This document shows, one piece after another, positions 1-7,897 of a stretch of 10,434 nucleotides of DNA (positions within the stretch are counted from its first letter, which is position 1; the number at the start of each line of letters is the position of its first letter). This stretch comes from Candidatus Jordarchaeales archaeon. Lineage in GTDB: Archaea > Asgardarchaeota > Jordiarchaeia > Jordiarchaeales > Freyrarchaeaceae. Location: NCBI GenBank assembly GCA_038858525.1, contig JAWCFL010000039.1, forward strand, positions 5,285 through 15,718. The letters are read 5' to 3'. The translations under genes were made by a program, and so were the position numbers. The notes below the pieces were generated by a model. The model did not search any database, was not told where the DNA came from, and saw nothing but the letters and a program-made list of their open reading frames with translations.

Positions 1-293
1 CCGTCACCATCAGTGTCAGCTGAAGCCGGGTTAGTGCCACGCTGGTACTCCTGGATGTTGGTCAGCCCGTCGCCGTCCTTATCCTGCCCAGCATCGTCAC
101 TCAGCGGGTCAAGACCATACTGCACCTCCCAGCCATCAGGCATACCATCACCATCAGTGTCAGAGCTCAGCGGGTTCAAGTTGTGCTGCACCTCCCAGCC
201 GTCAGATAGCCCGTCACCATCAGTGTCACTATTGTATGGGTCTGTTCCTATGCTATTTTCCTGGCTGTTTGTTAGCTGGTCTCCGTCGTAGTC
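1..293 (-). repeat. Coding tandem Asp-rich repeats (D-T-D-G-D-G-L/M-x-D/N...E...G/N-T/L-D/N-P), bacterial TSP3-like Ca-binding type
   Basis: Translation: [98 protein letters not shown]. At the DNA level, tgcacctcccagcc recurs at 121-134 and 187-200 (66-nt period). Confidence 0.9.
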
Positions 294-1979
294 TAGAGTG
301 TAATGCTCCATGTAATTTCCTAGGTAATGCCAAAGATATTCATCCCACATGTTGTTGAATGTGAAAGGCAACGCTGTATAGTATGCCTTGTGGTAATTTT
401 GACTTGTGTCGGGGTGGTATATTGCGATTCCACGTGCGTTTGGATGATCCGCTCCCTTTGCTATCGTTATGACTGCGGATGAAATGCTTGATTTGAGAAA
501 GATCGAAAGGGCTGTAAGTTTTGCGTCGGTGATTTTCTGGCTGAGTTTATCGATAAAGTCGTAGAGGTCCACCAAGAAGAAATCTTGATACGTAAATTTT
601 TCTACTTCGTTTAGTGTTTGCTGTATTGCGGTACGCCATGTGCTTTCAATCGTTTTAATGTCAAGGTACTTCGCCGTCTCGTTAAGTGCAATGTAAACAT
701 CAGAGATCCTTGTTACGTTGATTACCGCAAACGACAATCCCGGCGGATTAAGACTGCTGTAGCTATTAACTATCCACTGCCCCAGTTGAGCTGGCGTAGC
801 ACTCGGATTCGCAACCAAAGTTCCAACAAAAGAGTAATCAGTCTCATTATCAACAAGATATATTACGTCTTCAGAAACAACTGCTACTTCTGTCAAATTT
901 CTTAAGGCGTACAAGTGTTCAACTATTCCAGTTAAGCACGCCTTGTAATGTATGAGGTTTACTCCTCCGGTTTCATTTAACGCCATGCGGATTTCTGAAA
1001 AGTTCAGGTTGTCATTGTTATCTGTTCCGTCCCAACAGACGCCATATATTCCGCTGCCATGGTTCCATAGATTTAGGGCATAGCGTTGCGCAGGGAATTT
1101 AGACTTAACGTAACTTATGAAATCCCTCAGAGTTCTATAATCTCCGGTGTTCCTTTCGGCATTACCGAAATCTGAAAGGCATACGGGCCCCTCTTTACCT
1201 ATGTAGTACACTCTGGTCCCAGTCTGAAGGGTATAGGGATTTGTTCCTCCATCATATGGGTCCAAGAGAACAACGAAGTTCACCGAAGCAGTACTACCAA
1301 CACTCGCTATCTCTGCAATGTCACACATGGAGAAAGGCCCTATACCATCTAACCCTTTAGAATCTTCTGCCACCATGTAAAACATATAGGTCCACTGTGC
1401 GGTAGGCTTCGTAATGCTCTGACTCACAGTCACATTCACAGTTAAATTATAGTACCCCCCACTAGGCCAGTCGGCATGGACTTGTATTGTCCAGTACCCT
1501 GTAGGATCTCCTGGTTCCAATGTATAGAGGAGACCTCTTCGAATATCAGGAGGTCGAATATCAGGAAGTGACAAGGTGTTTCGTACCACGCATTGTCCAT
1601 TAGGCGCAAATAAAGCAATTGAAAGATATTCATCTATAGTTCCCTCTTCTAGGTTACAGTCTAATGCGATGTATATGGTGGAGTTGGGGTTACTCACTGT
1701 AATATTATAAAAGTCATCAGCATCCCAAAACCAATCGATAGAGTTATTGATGTATTTTCCTGGTGTTATTATCATTGCTTGACTTGGTGTGTTTCCTGCA
1801 TCATTGGAACTATTGCCGTCCTTAATTGAAGTATAGGTACCGTCGGTGTTTCCTTCATGTTGAGCGGCAAAGACGAGTAGCGGTGAAGCCGTCTGTTGCG
1901 TGGCGTGTAAGAGTATGCCCGTCATTAAAGCGGCCGTCAAAAGTATAACTAGAACAAAAGATACAGTAGCTTTTTTCAT
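1..1979 (-). CDS. Secreted clostripain-family (peptidase C11, clan CD) cysteine protease with an N-terminal signal peptide/anchor, a PPC-like beta domain and C-terminal Asp-rich Ca-binding repeats. The 3' end lies beyond the left window edge.
   Basis: I translated this by hand: ATG at 1979-1977, then 659 codons with no stop to the window edge. The N-terminus is [24 protein letters not shown] (basic plus hydrophobic). C11 motifs: [47 protein letters not shown] (His codon 1059-1061), [18 protein letters not shown] (Cys codon 936-938), DLYDF and GIAIYHP. A GGTGA SD sits at 1989-1993. Confidence 0.9.
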   Translation of the reverse strand, partial: MKKATVSFVLVILLTAALMTGILLHATQQTASPLLVFAAQHEGNTDGTYTSIKDGNSSNDAGNTPSQAMIITPGKYINNSIDWFWDADDFYNITVSNPNSTIYIALDCNLEEGTIDEYLSIALFAPNGQCVVRNTLSLPDIRPPDIRRGLLYTLEPGDPTGYWTIQVHADWPSGGYYNLTVNVTVSQSITKPTAQWTYMFYMVAEDSKGLDGIGPFSMCDIAEIASVGSTASVNFVVLLDPYDGGTNPYTLQTGTRVYYIGKEGPVCLSDFGNAERNTGDYRTLRDFISYVKSKFPAQRYALNLWNHGSGIYGVCWDGTDNNDNLNFSEIRMALNETGGVNLIHYKACLTGIVEHLYALRNLTEVAVVSEDVIYLVDNETDYSFVGTLVANPSATPAQLGQWIVNSYSSLNPPGLSFAVINVTRISDVYIALNETAKYLDIKTIESTWRTAIQQTLNEVEKFTYQDFFLVDLYDFIDKLSQKITDAKLTALSIFLKSSISSAVITIAKGADHPNARGIAIYHPDTSQNYHKAYYTALPFTFNNMWDEYLWHYLGNYMEHYTLDYDGDQLTNSQENSIGTDPYNSDTDGDGLSDGWEVQHNLNPLSSDTDGDGMPDGWEVQYGLDPLSDDAGQDKDGDGLTNIQEYQRGTNPASADTDGD

Positions 1980-2032
1980 CTTAGTTTATCACCTTCCTCT
2001 TTTTGTTTAAATATCATCTCTTTAGAGAGAAA

Positions 2033-2048
2033 TATATAAAAATTTTCG
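2033..2048 (-). promoter_or_regulatory. BRE + TATA box for the C11 peptidase gene
   Basis: Minus strand reads CGAAAATT TTTATATA, about 55-70 nt upstream of the ATG. This matches the archaeal BRE/TATA consensus. Confidence 0.65.
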
Positions 2049-2390
2049 TTGTAGAAAAGATTATTCTTTCAACAGTTACTACGATGAAAGCAAAAACGGA
2101 ATTTGATCTTAAAATAAGCTGAAGGAAGAATACATAGTGTAGTATGTATATAGTTATTCCAAAAAACTACGTGAGAAGGGGGTCCACGCTAGGTAGGCGT
2201 ATCCTAAAAATATGGGTTGGCTTTCGCGAATAAAAAGGGTTTGCTGAAGAGTTAGTAAGGGGGGGTTCAACGCCACTATGCGGAAGCAAAAAGGAAGTTT
2301 TATGGAAGCAAATATATACTGTGCAAGAAGGAATTCAAAAAAGAGTTCAAAGGAACACTTGTCGGGAAAAATCAAGAAAAACAGCCAGAA

Positions 2391-2408
2391 ACGAAAATAA
2401 TTTATAGA
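2391..2408 (+). promoter_or_regulatory. Candidate BRE + TATA box for hdrB
   Basis: ACGAAAATAA TTTATAGA lies about 105 nt upstream of the hdrB ATG, with a GGAGG SD at 2496-2500. Confidence 0.45.
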
Positions 2409-2510
2409 ATTCGTCTAAACGTAAGAGCGGAGTAAGGTGTTACCTATCGCGATAGTGTCGACGTGACTGCGTGAATTCGGCGCGAGAGCATTTAAGGAGG
2501 GATTTAAAAA

Positions 2511-3401
2511 ATGAAGAAATATGCTTACTTTTTAGGGTGTTTAACCCCAAACAGGTATCCGGGTATTGAGGCGGCGACTATTGATCTTTTGAGGATGTTT
2601 GATGTTGAACTTGATTACATGAAGGGGACGTCTTGTTGCCCTGCTCCGGGGGTCTTTGGTAGCTTCGACCTTGAGACCTGGCTTACGATAGCTGCTAGGA
2701 ACATTACTATAGCTGAGGGTATGGGGAGAGATATTACGCTGACCTGTAATGGGTGCTTTGCCACGTTGCAGGAGGCTGACCATGTTCTAAAGCATAACAG
2801 GGAGCTTGTGAAGAAGATTAATGGTCACCTTTCGAAGATTGGAAGGGAGTATAAGGGGACGAGCAACGTTCTCCACGTGATAGAGATCCTCTACAATGAA
2901 ATTGGCCCTGACAGGATAAGTGACATGGTTGTTCAGCCTCTCGACGGAGTTAAGGTTGCTTGTCACTATGGTTGCCACTTCCTGAAGCCGAGCTCGGTGA
3001 GGCAGAGGGGGAACTCTGAAAACCCAACAATGCTGGAGGAGCTAGTTGAAGCTGTTGGCGCTACTCCCGTGGATTATAAGGACAAGAAGATGTGTTGCGG
3101 TGCGGGTGGCGGTGTGAGGGCTGGGAAGATAGACGTGGCGTTGGAGATGACCCGGAAGAAGCTTGACGCGATGATTGAGGCTGGAGCAGACTGTGTAACT
3201 ACACCATGTGTCTTCTGTCACTTCCAGTTTGATGCGGGACAAACAGAGATAAACAGCAAGCTTGGAGCTGAGAAGTACAAGCTCCCAGTAGTCTTCATAA
3301 CTCAGCTTATAGGACTAGCCCTTGGGCTGTCGCCGAGAAGAATGGGGCTTCACAGGCAAAGAATCCCCGTAAAGCCGCTCCTAGACAAAATATTCCACTA
3401 A
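2511..3401 (+). CDS. hdrB: CoB-CoM heterodisulfide reductase subunit B (HdrB) family, two CCG domains
   Basis: 296 aa. Motifs YAYFLGC..., SCCPAPG, TCNGCF, HYGCHFLKP, MCCGAGGG and PCVFCHFQFD give two complete CCG Cys sets in the HdrB pattern. A GGAGG SD is present. Confidence 0.93.
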   Translation: MKKYAYFLGCLTPNRYPGIEAATIDLLRMFDVELDYMKGTSCCPAPGVFGSFDLETWLTIAARNITIAEGMGRDITLTCNGCFATLQEADHVLKHNRELVKKINGHLSKIGREYKGTSNVLHVIEILYNEIGPDRISDMVVQPLDGVKVACHYGCHFLKPSSVRQRGNSENPTMLEELVEAVGATPVDYKDKKMCCGAGGGVRAGKIDVALEMTRKKLDAMIEAGADCVTTPCVFCHFQFDAGQTEINSKLGAEKYKLPVVFITQLIGLALGLSPRRMGLHRQRIPVKPLLDKIFH

Positions 3402-3456
3402 GCCACTTTAAAGACGGGGAATAAGGAAAAAGGGTGACTCGTTAAATAGTCTTTTC

Positions 3457-4584
3457 CTACTTCCGGCTTTCTATTTTTTTGGCGATGGCGTCTCCAACCT
3501 CGCTGGTTCTGCTTGGCTTAACATTAGCGTATTTTCCCTTGCATAGGTCTGGTGTTCTGACTTTTCCCTCCGCTAGTATTTCGGCTACTCCCTGCTCTAT
3601 TAGTTGCGCCGCTTTACTGCAAGAGCTGTCGCCGTTCCTCTGAGCGAGCCACTCGAGCATCATCTTCGCCGAGAGAATGGAGCCTATGGGGTTCGCCACG
3701 TTTTTGCCCGCTATGTCGGGGGCGGTTCCATGCACCGGCTCAAACATGGCGTGTCTGTCCCCAATGTTCCCGCTGGGAGCCATCCCCATGCCACCTATAA
3801 GCACAGAGGATAAGTCTGAGAGTATGTCGCCGAACATGTTTGTCGTCACTACTACATCATAGTGCTCCGGGGACCTTATCATCCACTGGGTCATAGCGTC
3901 CACGTAGACATAGTCCCGCTCAACGCTCGGGTACTTGGCGGCGACCTCGTCAAAGATCTTCCTGAAGAACCTGCAACCATCAAGCACGTTGCTCTTGTCG
4001 ACGCACGTCACCCTGCGCTTCCCGTCAGCAGGAGCCCCGCTTCTTGAAAGGCACAGCTTGAAAGCGTAGTCTATGATCCTCTCGCAACCCTTCCGAGTTA
4101 GGATCCTAACATCCACGGCCGCATCCTCAACTCCGCCCCTGTCCAGAATGCCTCTTATTGGGGCATAGAGGTCCTCCGTGTTCTCCCGCACCACGACGAA
4201 GTCAACCTTGTCCTTGCCCGGAGCGAGAGGCTCAACACCCTCGTAGAGACGAGCGGGCCTAACGTTGGCGTAAAGGTCCAAGCCGAACCTTAAGTCCAGG
4301 AGTATCCTTATTCCCGCAAGTTGCCCGTCTGGGAGAACCGCTTTAGGCCATCCTACAGCCCCAAAAAGAACGGCGTCAGCCTTCCTGCAAGTATCAAAAG
4401 CGTCGTCAGGCCACTCCTTCCCCGTCTCCAAGTAGTATACTCCTCCACATGGAACCTCTATGTATTCCAGTTCGAAGCCGCCAATGGCGCCAGCAGCGGC
4501 ATCTAAAACCTTAACTGCTTCAGGGACAACCTCCCGCCCAACTCCGTCGCCGGGAAGAACAGCAATTCTATAGCGCCTCAACAT
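3457..4584 (-). CDS. Isocitrate/isopropylmalate/tartrate dehydrogenase family (NAD-type beta-decarboxylating dehydrogenase); substrate not assignable
   Basis: Motifs IAVLPGDGVG, GAVGWP, DLYANVRP, VRENTEDLY, VDKSNV, NMFGDILSD and FEPVHGTAPDIAGKNVANP. The start is placed at ATG 4584 because the GTG at 4590 is part of the GAGGTG SD. Confidence 0.88.
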   Translation of the reverse strand: MLRRYRIAVLPGDGVGREVVPEAVKVLDAAAGAIGGFELEYIEVPCGGVYYLETGKEWPDDAFDTCRKADAVLFGAVGWPKAVLPDGQLAGIRILLDLRFGLDLYANVRPARLYEGVEPLAPGKDKVDFVVVRENTEDLYAPIRGILDRGGVEDAAVDVRILTRKGCERIIDYAFKLCLSRSGAPADGKRRVTCVDKSNVLDGCRFFRKIFDEVAAKYPSVERDYVYVDAMTQWMIRSPEHYDVVVTTNMFGDILSDLSSVLIGGMGMAPSGNIGDRHAMFEPVHGTAPDIAGKNVANPIGSILSAKMMLEWLAQRNGDSSCSKAAQLIEQGVAEILAEGKVRTPDLCKGKYANVKPSRTSEVGDAIAKKIESRK

Positions 4585-4688
4585 TAACACCTCAAGAGAG
4601 TCAAGGAAAAGTGACTTAAAAACAACTTAAATTTACCCATGGAGAAGCTCTAAAAAGGAGTTAAGGCAAAAAAGGAGAATATGAAGGG

Positions 4689-5969
4689 CTAAATAACTTT
4701 GTTAAGAACTTCTAGTAGCTCAACGACTTCGAGCTTGGAGCCGCCGGCTGCGACGGCGTCGCCCAAGTTTCTTATGCAGAATGGGCACGACGTGACTATT
4801 GCCTCGGCGCCCGTAGCCTCCGCCTCTTTCACTCTCTCAAGCGCAGTCCATAGGGCAAACTCGGGGTACTGTGTCTTGACGCCGCCACCAGCACCACAGC
4901 ACCATGAATCCTCCTTTACGCGGTACATTTCAACTAGTTCCACTCCCGGTATCGCCTTGAGGATTTTCCTTGGGAGCTCATACCACTCGTCCTTCTTCTT
5001 CTTGATCTCTCTCTCGTCAACGAACCAGTTCTTGCTCTTAGCTAGTTCCTCGCGCTCAACGTCGAGGGCGATGTGCCTCATGAGGTGGCATGGGTCATGC
5101 CATGTGACCTTCTTCTTGTAGCTTCCCTTAAACTTTAGCTTGCCCTGGTCTATGAGTTCAGCTATGAACTCCAACGTGTGCTTGGGTGTGAAGGGCAACT
5201 TCGAGCCGCTGAACTTGGGATAGTCCACTCTAATCGTCCTGTAGCACCCGGCGCAGCTGAAGAGTAGCGTGTCATAGTCCTTAAAGGCCTTCAGGTTCTC
5301 GTTCATAACTCTCTTAGCTTCCTTGCGCTGACCTGTCCTGAAAAGCGGCGAGCCGCAGCAAACTTCATCCTCGAGTACGGCGAACTCGACTCCAAGCTTG
5401 TTCAGTAGCTCAGCTGTAGCCTTTGCCACTTGCTTCTGCCTGTAGGAGGCGGTGCAACCAACAAAGTACGCGATGTTTGCGTCTTTTTTAGTACTGATCT
5501 TTGCCTCGCTAAGCCACTTTGTCCTGTTCTCGTGCTTCTCCCCGTATGGATTGTTAAGCTCACTTACATACTTGCCTAGAGCAGCAGTCTTAGGTGGAAG
5601 GGGGACTCCGGCTTCGACGCATGCTGCCCTTGCAGCCTCGATCAAGTCAACCGTGGGGAGCTTGTTTTCACATTGCGCCTGGCAGTTGCCGCAAGTGGTG
5701 CATGGGTAAATTAGGTCTCTCACACTCTCGTTCGGCACAAGGTTGCCTTCAAGTATTGATCTTAAAATCCACATTCTGCCGCTGTTGAGATATCCTTCCC
5801 ACAGCCGGTAATAGGTTCCGGAGGGGCACCCTTCAATCATACCCTCGTAGAGCGTACCCTTGTATTCCCCAATGCCTTCCCTGTCTGGTTCACCGGAAAA
5901 TGAGAACATGCAGGCTTTACAGTGAATGCAGCGGAAGAGCTCTTTCTTCATCGCTTGGAGGCTTTCCAT
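4689..5969 (-). CDS. HdrD/GlpC-like (Fe-S)-binding protein: two 4Fe-4S motifs plus two CCG domains
   Basis: 426 aa. CIHCKAC...CP and CTTCGNCQAQC, then GCTASY...CCGSP...CAGC and DPCH...WCCGAGGG...CPFC. Confidence 0.88.
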   Translation of the reverse strand: MESLQAMKKELFRCIHCKACMFSFSGEPDREGIGEYKGTLYEGMIEGCPSGTYYRLWEGYLNSGRMWILRSILEGNLVPNESVRDLIYPCTTCGNCQAQCENKLPTVDLIEAARAACVEAGVPLPPKTAALGKYVSELNNPYGEKHENRTKWLSEAKISTKKDANIAYFVGCTASYRQKQVAKATAELLNKLGVEFAVLEDEVCCGSPLFRTGQRKEAKRVMNENLKAFKDYDTLLFSCAGCYRTIRVDYPKFSGSKLPFTPKHTLEFIAELIDQGKLKFKGSYKKKVTWHDPCHLMRHIALDVEREELAKSKNWFVDEREIKKKKDEWYELPRKILKAIPGVELVEMYRVKEDSWCCGAGGGVKTQYPEFALWTALERVKEAEATGAEAIVTSCPFCIRNLGDAVAAGGSKLEVVELLEVLNKVI

Positions 5970-6005
5970 TTTTTATCATCTCCGTGCTATACTCCTCGAG
6001 TTTAT

Positions 6006-6013
6006 TATTTAAA
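6006..6013 (-). promoter_or_regulatory. Candidate proximal TATA box for the HdrD-like gene
   Basis: Minus strand TTTAAATA preceded by GGCAAAG, about 40 nt upstream of ATG 5969. Confidence 0.45.
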
Positions 6014-6044
6014 CTTTGCCCGCCTAGCAGGAGCCGGGCAGTTT
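6011..6044. other. GC-rich inverted repeat/hairpin in the ppcA to hdrD-like intergenic region
   Basis: TGCCCG (6017-6022) pairs with CGGGCA (6035-6040). The stem extends by AAAC/GTTT across a 2-nt bulge and contains an inner CCT/AGG pairing. Confidence 0.6.
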
Positions 6045-6067
6045 CGACTCTCCATCAAGATGAACTG

Positions 6068-6083
6068 GATATAAATTTTATCG
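6068..6083 (-). promoter_or_regulatory. Candidate distal BRE + TATA box for the HdrD-like gene
   Basis: Minus strand CGATAAAA TTTATATC, about 105 nt upstream of ATG 5969. Confidence 0.4.
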
Positions 6084-6172
6084 TTTAGCTTGGAGGACCC
6101 GTTAGCGGATAAAACGGCGTCCGAGGGAGTTGTGGCCTATTGATTTGCCAAGCGCTTTCCGGAATGAACATG

Positions 6173-7741
6173 TTATCCGAGGCACTTCCTGATCATTGCC
6201 GCTTCTTGGAGGTATCTTCTGGCTTCTTCGGGGTTTTCTTCAATGTACGCTATCAAGAAGTTGTTTATGGTGTTCTCATGCTTTCTATGAAGAAAACTTC
6301 TGGGACCCGTTTTGGCTTCCAAGTGGTTTTGGGCTGCTTCGACGTCCTGCAGTATTTTTGAGAGGGCGAATGAGAGCCTTTCTCTCTCCACTCCAGCCTT
6401 CTTAGCCACTTTCTCGTGTGCTTCCATAAGCATGTTTACATTGTCCCATGAAAGGTAACCTGCAGCTGTTTGGACGTCATGCCTTATTTTGAGGTGATGA
6501 GTGACAGCGGCGTCCCATTCCTCCTCGTTTAGCTCGTTCAGCGCTCTTAGCCCCAGTATTTCGGGGGGTATTCCTAAGGTGTAGAGCGCGGCTGCGAATG
6601 GTATTGCTCGAGGGAGCGTGATGCCGCCCATGCTTCTGCTGTAGCCGAAGAGTCCTATGTGGAGTTTTCTGGATCTTCTTTTTGGAACGTATGCTGCAAC
6701 GCTGTTTATGAGGGGGGCTAGGTTTGCTATTACTTCTTGGTAGCTAGCTTTGAGTTTCTGTGTTGCGCTGAGAAGTACCTGTTCTTCATGTGGCTCTAGG
6801 ATTTCTTGTTCACCGTGAGGTAGAATGGTGTTAAGTATCCTAACGGTTCTTTTCACTTCCTCAATTGGATAGTCGTACTTTAGTGAGGATTGTATGGTTA
6901 CAGTGTAGATCCCCCTGTACTCTTCAAGGAAGTTTTGGAGGTTGCTGGGGGAGAGATGTCCTCTGAAGGGCATTGTTCCGACGCCTATTATCGGGTATAT
7001 AGGGATCCCTGTTTCTTCCTCTATTTTTTTGAGCTTTGAAAGGGCGATCTTTGAAAGAAGGACTGCTGGAACGATGCCGTAGTTGAGGGCTGGGTCGGAC
7101 CTCGCCAGGAACACTCTTAGGTAAGGTGGTTTCACCGTGTCCAAGTATGGTTTCACTATTCTTTCAGCTCCTTTGAGGCTTTCCATGTCCTCTATGAGGG
7201 GGATGACTTCTATGGTGGGCGGTTTGAAGCAGCCAACCCAGTCCTTCACTTTTACGGAGGAGTCGATGTCCAGCTCTTGAACTCCAACAATGGCTTTTTT
7301 GTAGTAGTTGAGTAGCCATACGAGCTCTCTGCTGTTAGTTGTGAAGGGCAAAATGACCTCAAATATTGGCGTGACTTCCCTACCATAGAACTTTGAGGCT
7401 ACGTCGCAGCTTACCGGTATGTTGACGAGGCTCTCAACCATTATTTTTTTCTCTGCCTCCTCAACTTTGGGGTTCGGAAGCCTATATGTTAGGAAGACGT
7501 CTCTCCCGATCACGTTCTCCCTGAAGTACTCCTCGTAACTAAGCAGTAGTTTTCTTACGACGTGTGTGTCAACATCCTTTCCTTCGGCGTCCCACATGAC
7601 CTCGTGGCAGCCGAGCTCGCTGAAGACGAAGAACGCCTCGTAGACTTCGTCGTCTTCCTCAATTACTTCACTCTTACACCATTGGGGGACGCAGGCATTG
7701 TCCGGATGCTGGGTGGACATTGTGCGCGGTATTAATCTCAA
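6173..7741 (-). CDS. ppcA: Archaeal-type phosphoenolpyruvate carboxylase
   Basis: 522 aa with a TTG start and a GGTG SD. The N-terminal IPRTMSTQHPDN signature is present, along with MWDAEGKD, RVFLARSDPALNYG, GVGTMPFRG, TIQSS and LPRAIPFAAALY. Confidence 0.95.
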   Translation of the reverse strand: MRLIPRTMSTQHPDNACVPQWCKSEVIEEDDEVYEAFFVFSELGCHEVMWDAEGKDVDTHVVRKLLLSYEEYFRENVIGRDVFLTYRLPNPKVEEAEKKIMVESLVNIPVSCDVASKFYGREVTPIFEVILPFTTNSRELVWLLNYYKKAIVGVQELDIDSSVKVKDWVGCFKPPTIEVIPLIEDMESLKGAERIVKPYLDTVKPPYLRVFLARSDPALNYGIVPAVLLSKIALSKLKKIEEETGIPIYPIIGVGTMPFRGHLSPSNLQNFLEEYRGIYTVTIQSSLKYDYPIEEVKRTVRILNTILPHGEQEILEPHEEQVLLSATQKLKASYQEVIANLAPLINSVAAYVPKRRSRKLHIGLFGYSRSMGGITLPRAIPFAAALYTLGIPPEILGLRALNELNEEEWDAAVTHHLKIRHDVQTAAGYLSWDNVNMLMEAHEKVAKKAGVERERLSFALSKILQDVEAAQNHLEAKTGPRSFLHRKHENTINNFLIAYIEENPEEARRYLQEAAMIRKCLG

Positions 7742-7785
7742 AGAGCAACACCAGGCGAGATTTTACTTCTAAAAAAGACAAGACA

Positions 7786-7793
7786 AATATAAA
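7786..7793 (-). promoter_or_regulatory. Candidate TATA box for ppcA
   Basis: Minus strand TTTATATT, about 45-50 nt upstream of the TTG start. Confidence 0.35.
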
Positions 7794-7897
7794 TATTGTG
7801 CAAAAGAAAATAATACATAAGTAAAGACCGAGACGGAGAATTCGCTTGCCGAGTTAAGACAACAAGCCCGTCGCGAAGACTAAAAAGCCGACTAAAG

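Noticed and set aside
1-293. Regularly spaced DNA repeats suggesting a CRISPR array
   Set aside because: The period is 66-78 nt in multiples of 3, the repeats are degenerate at third positions, and they translate as DTDGDG protein repeats in an open frame.
2017-2028. TCTCT-TT-AGAGA palindrome between the TATA box and start of the peptidase gene
   Set aside because: It is short and low-complexity, and I saw no second copy. It could be an operator but cannot be supported from this window.
2144-2435. Short plus-strand reading frames and the minus-strand 73-aa ORF (2154..2375) in the divergent intergenic region
   Set aside because: No recognisable motif, interrupted by stops, A-rich low complexity and no convincing SD. 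A decayed gene remnant cannot be excluded.
6020-6060. Resemblance to a fluoride (crcB) riboswitch (GATGGAG...AAACTGC...CTCCTGC on the minus strand)
   Set aside because: The P2 stem and the conserved AAUGAC segment are missing, the predicted TSS falls inside the motif, and the downstream gene is not fluoride-related.
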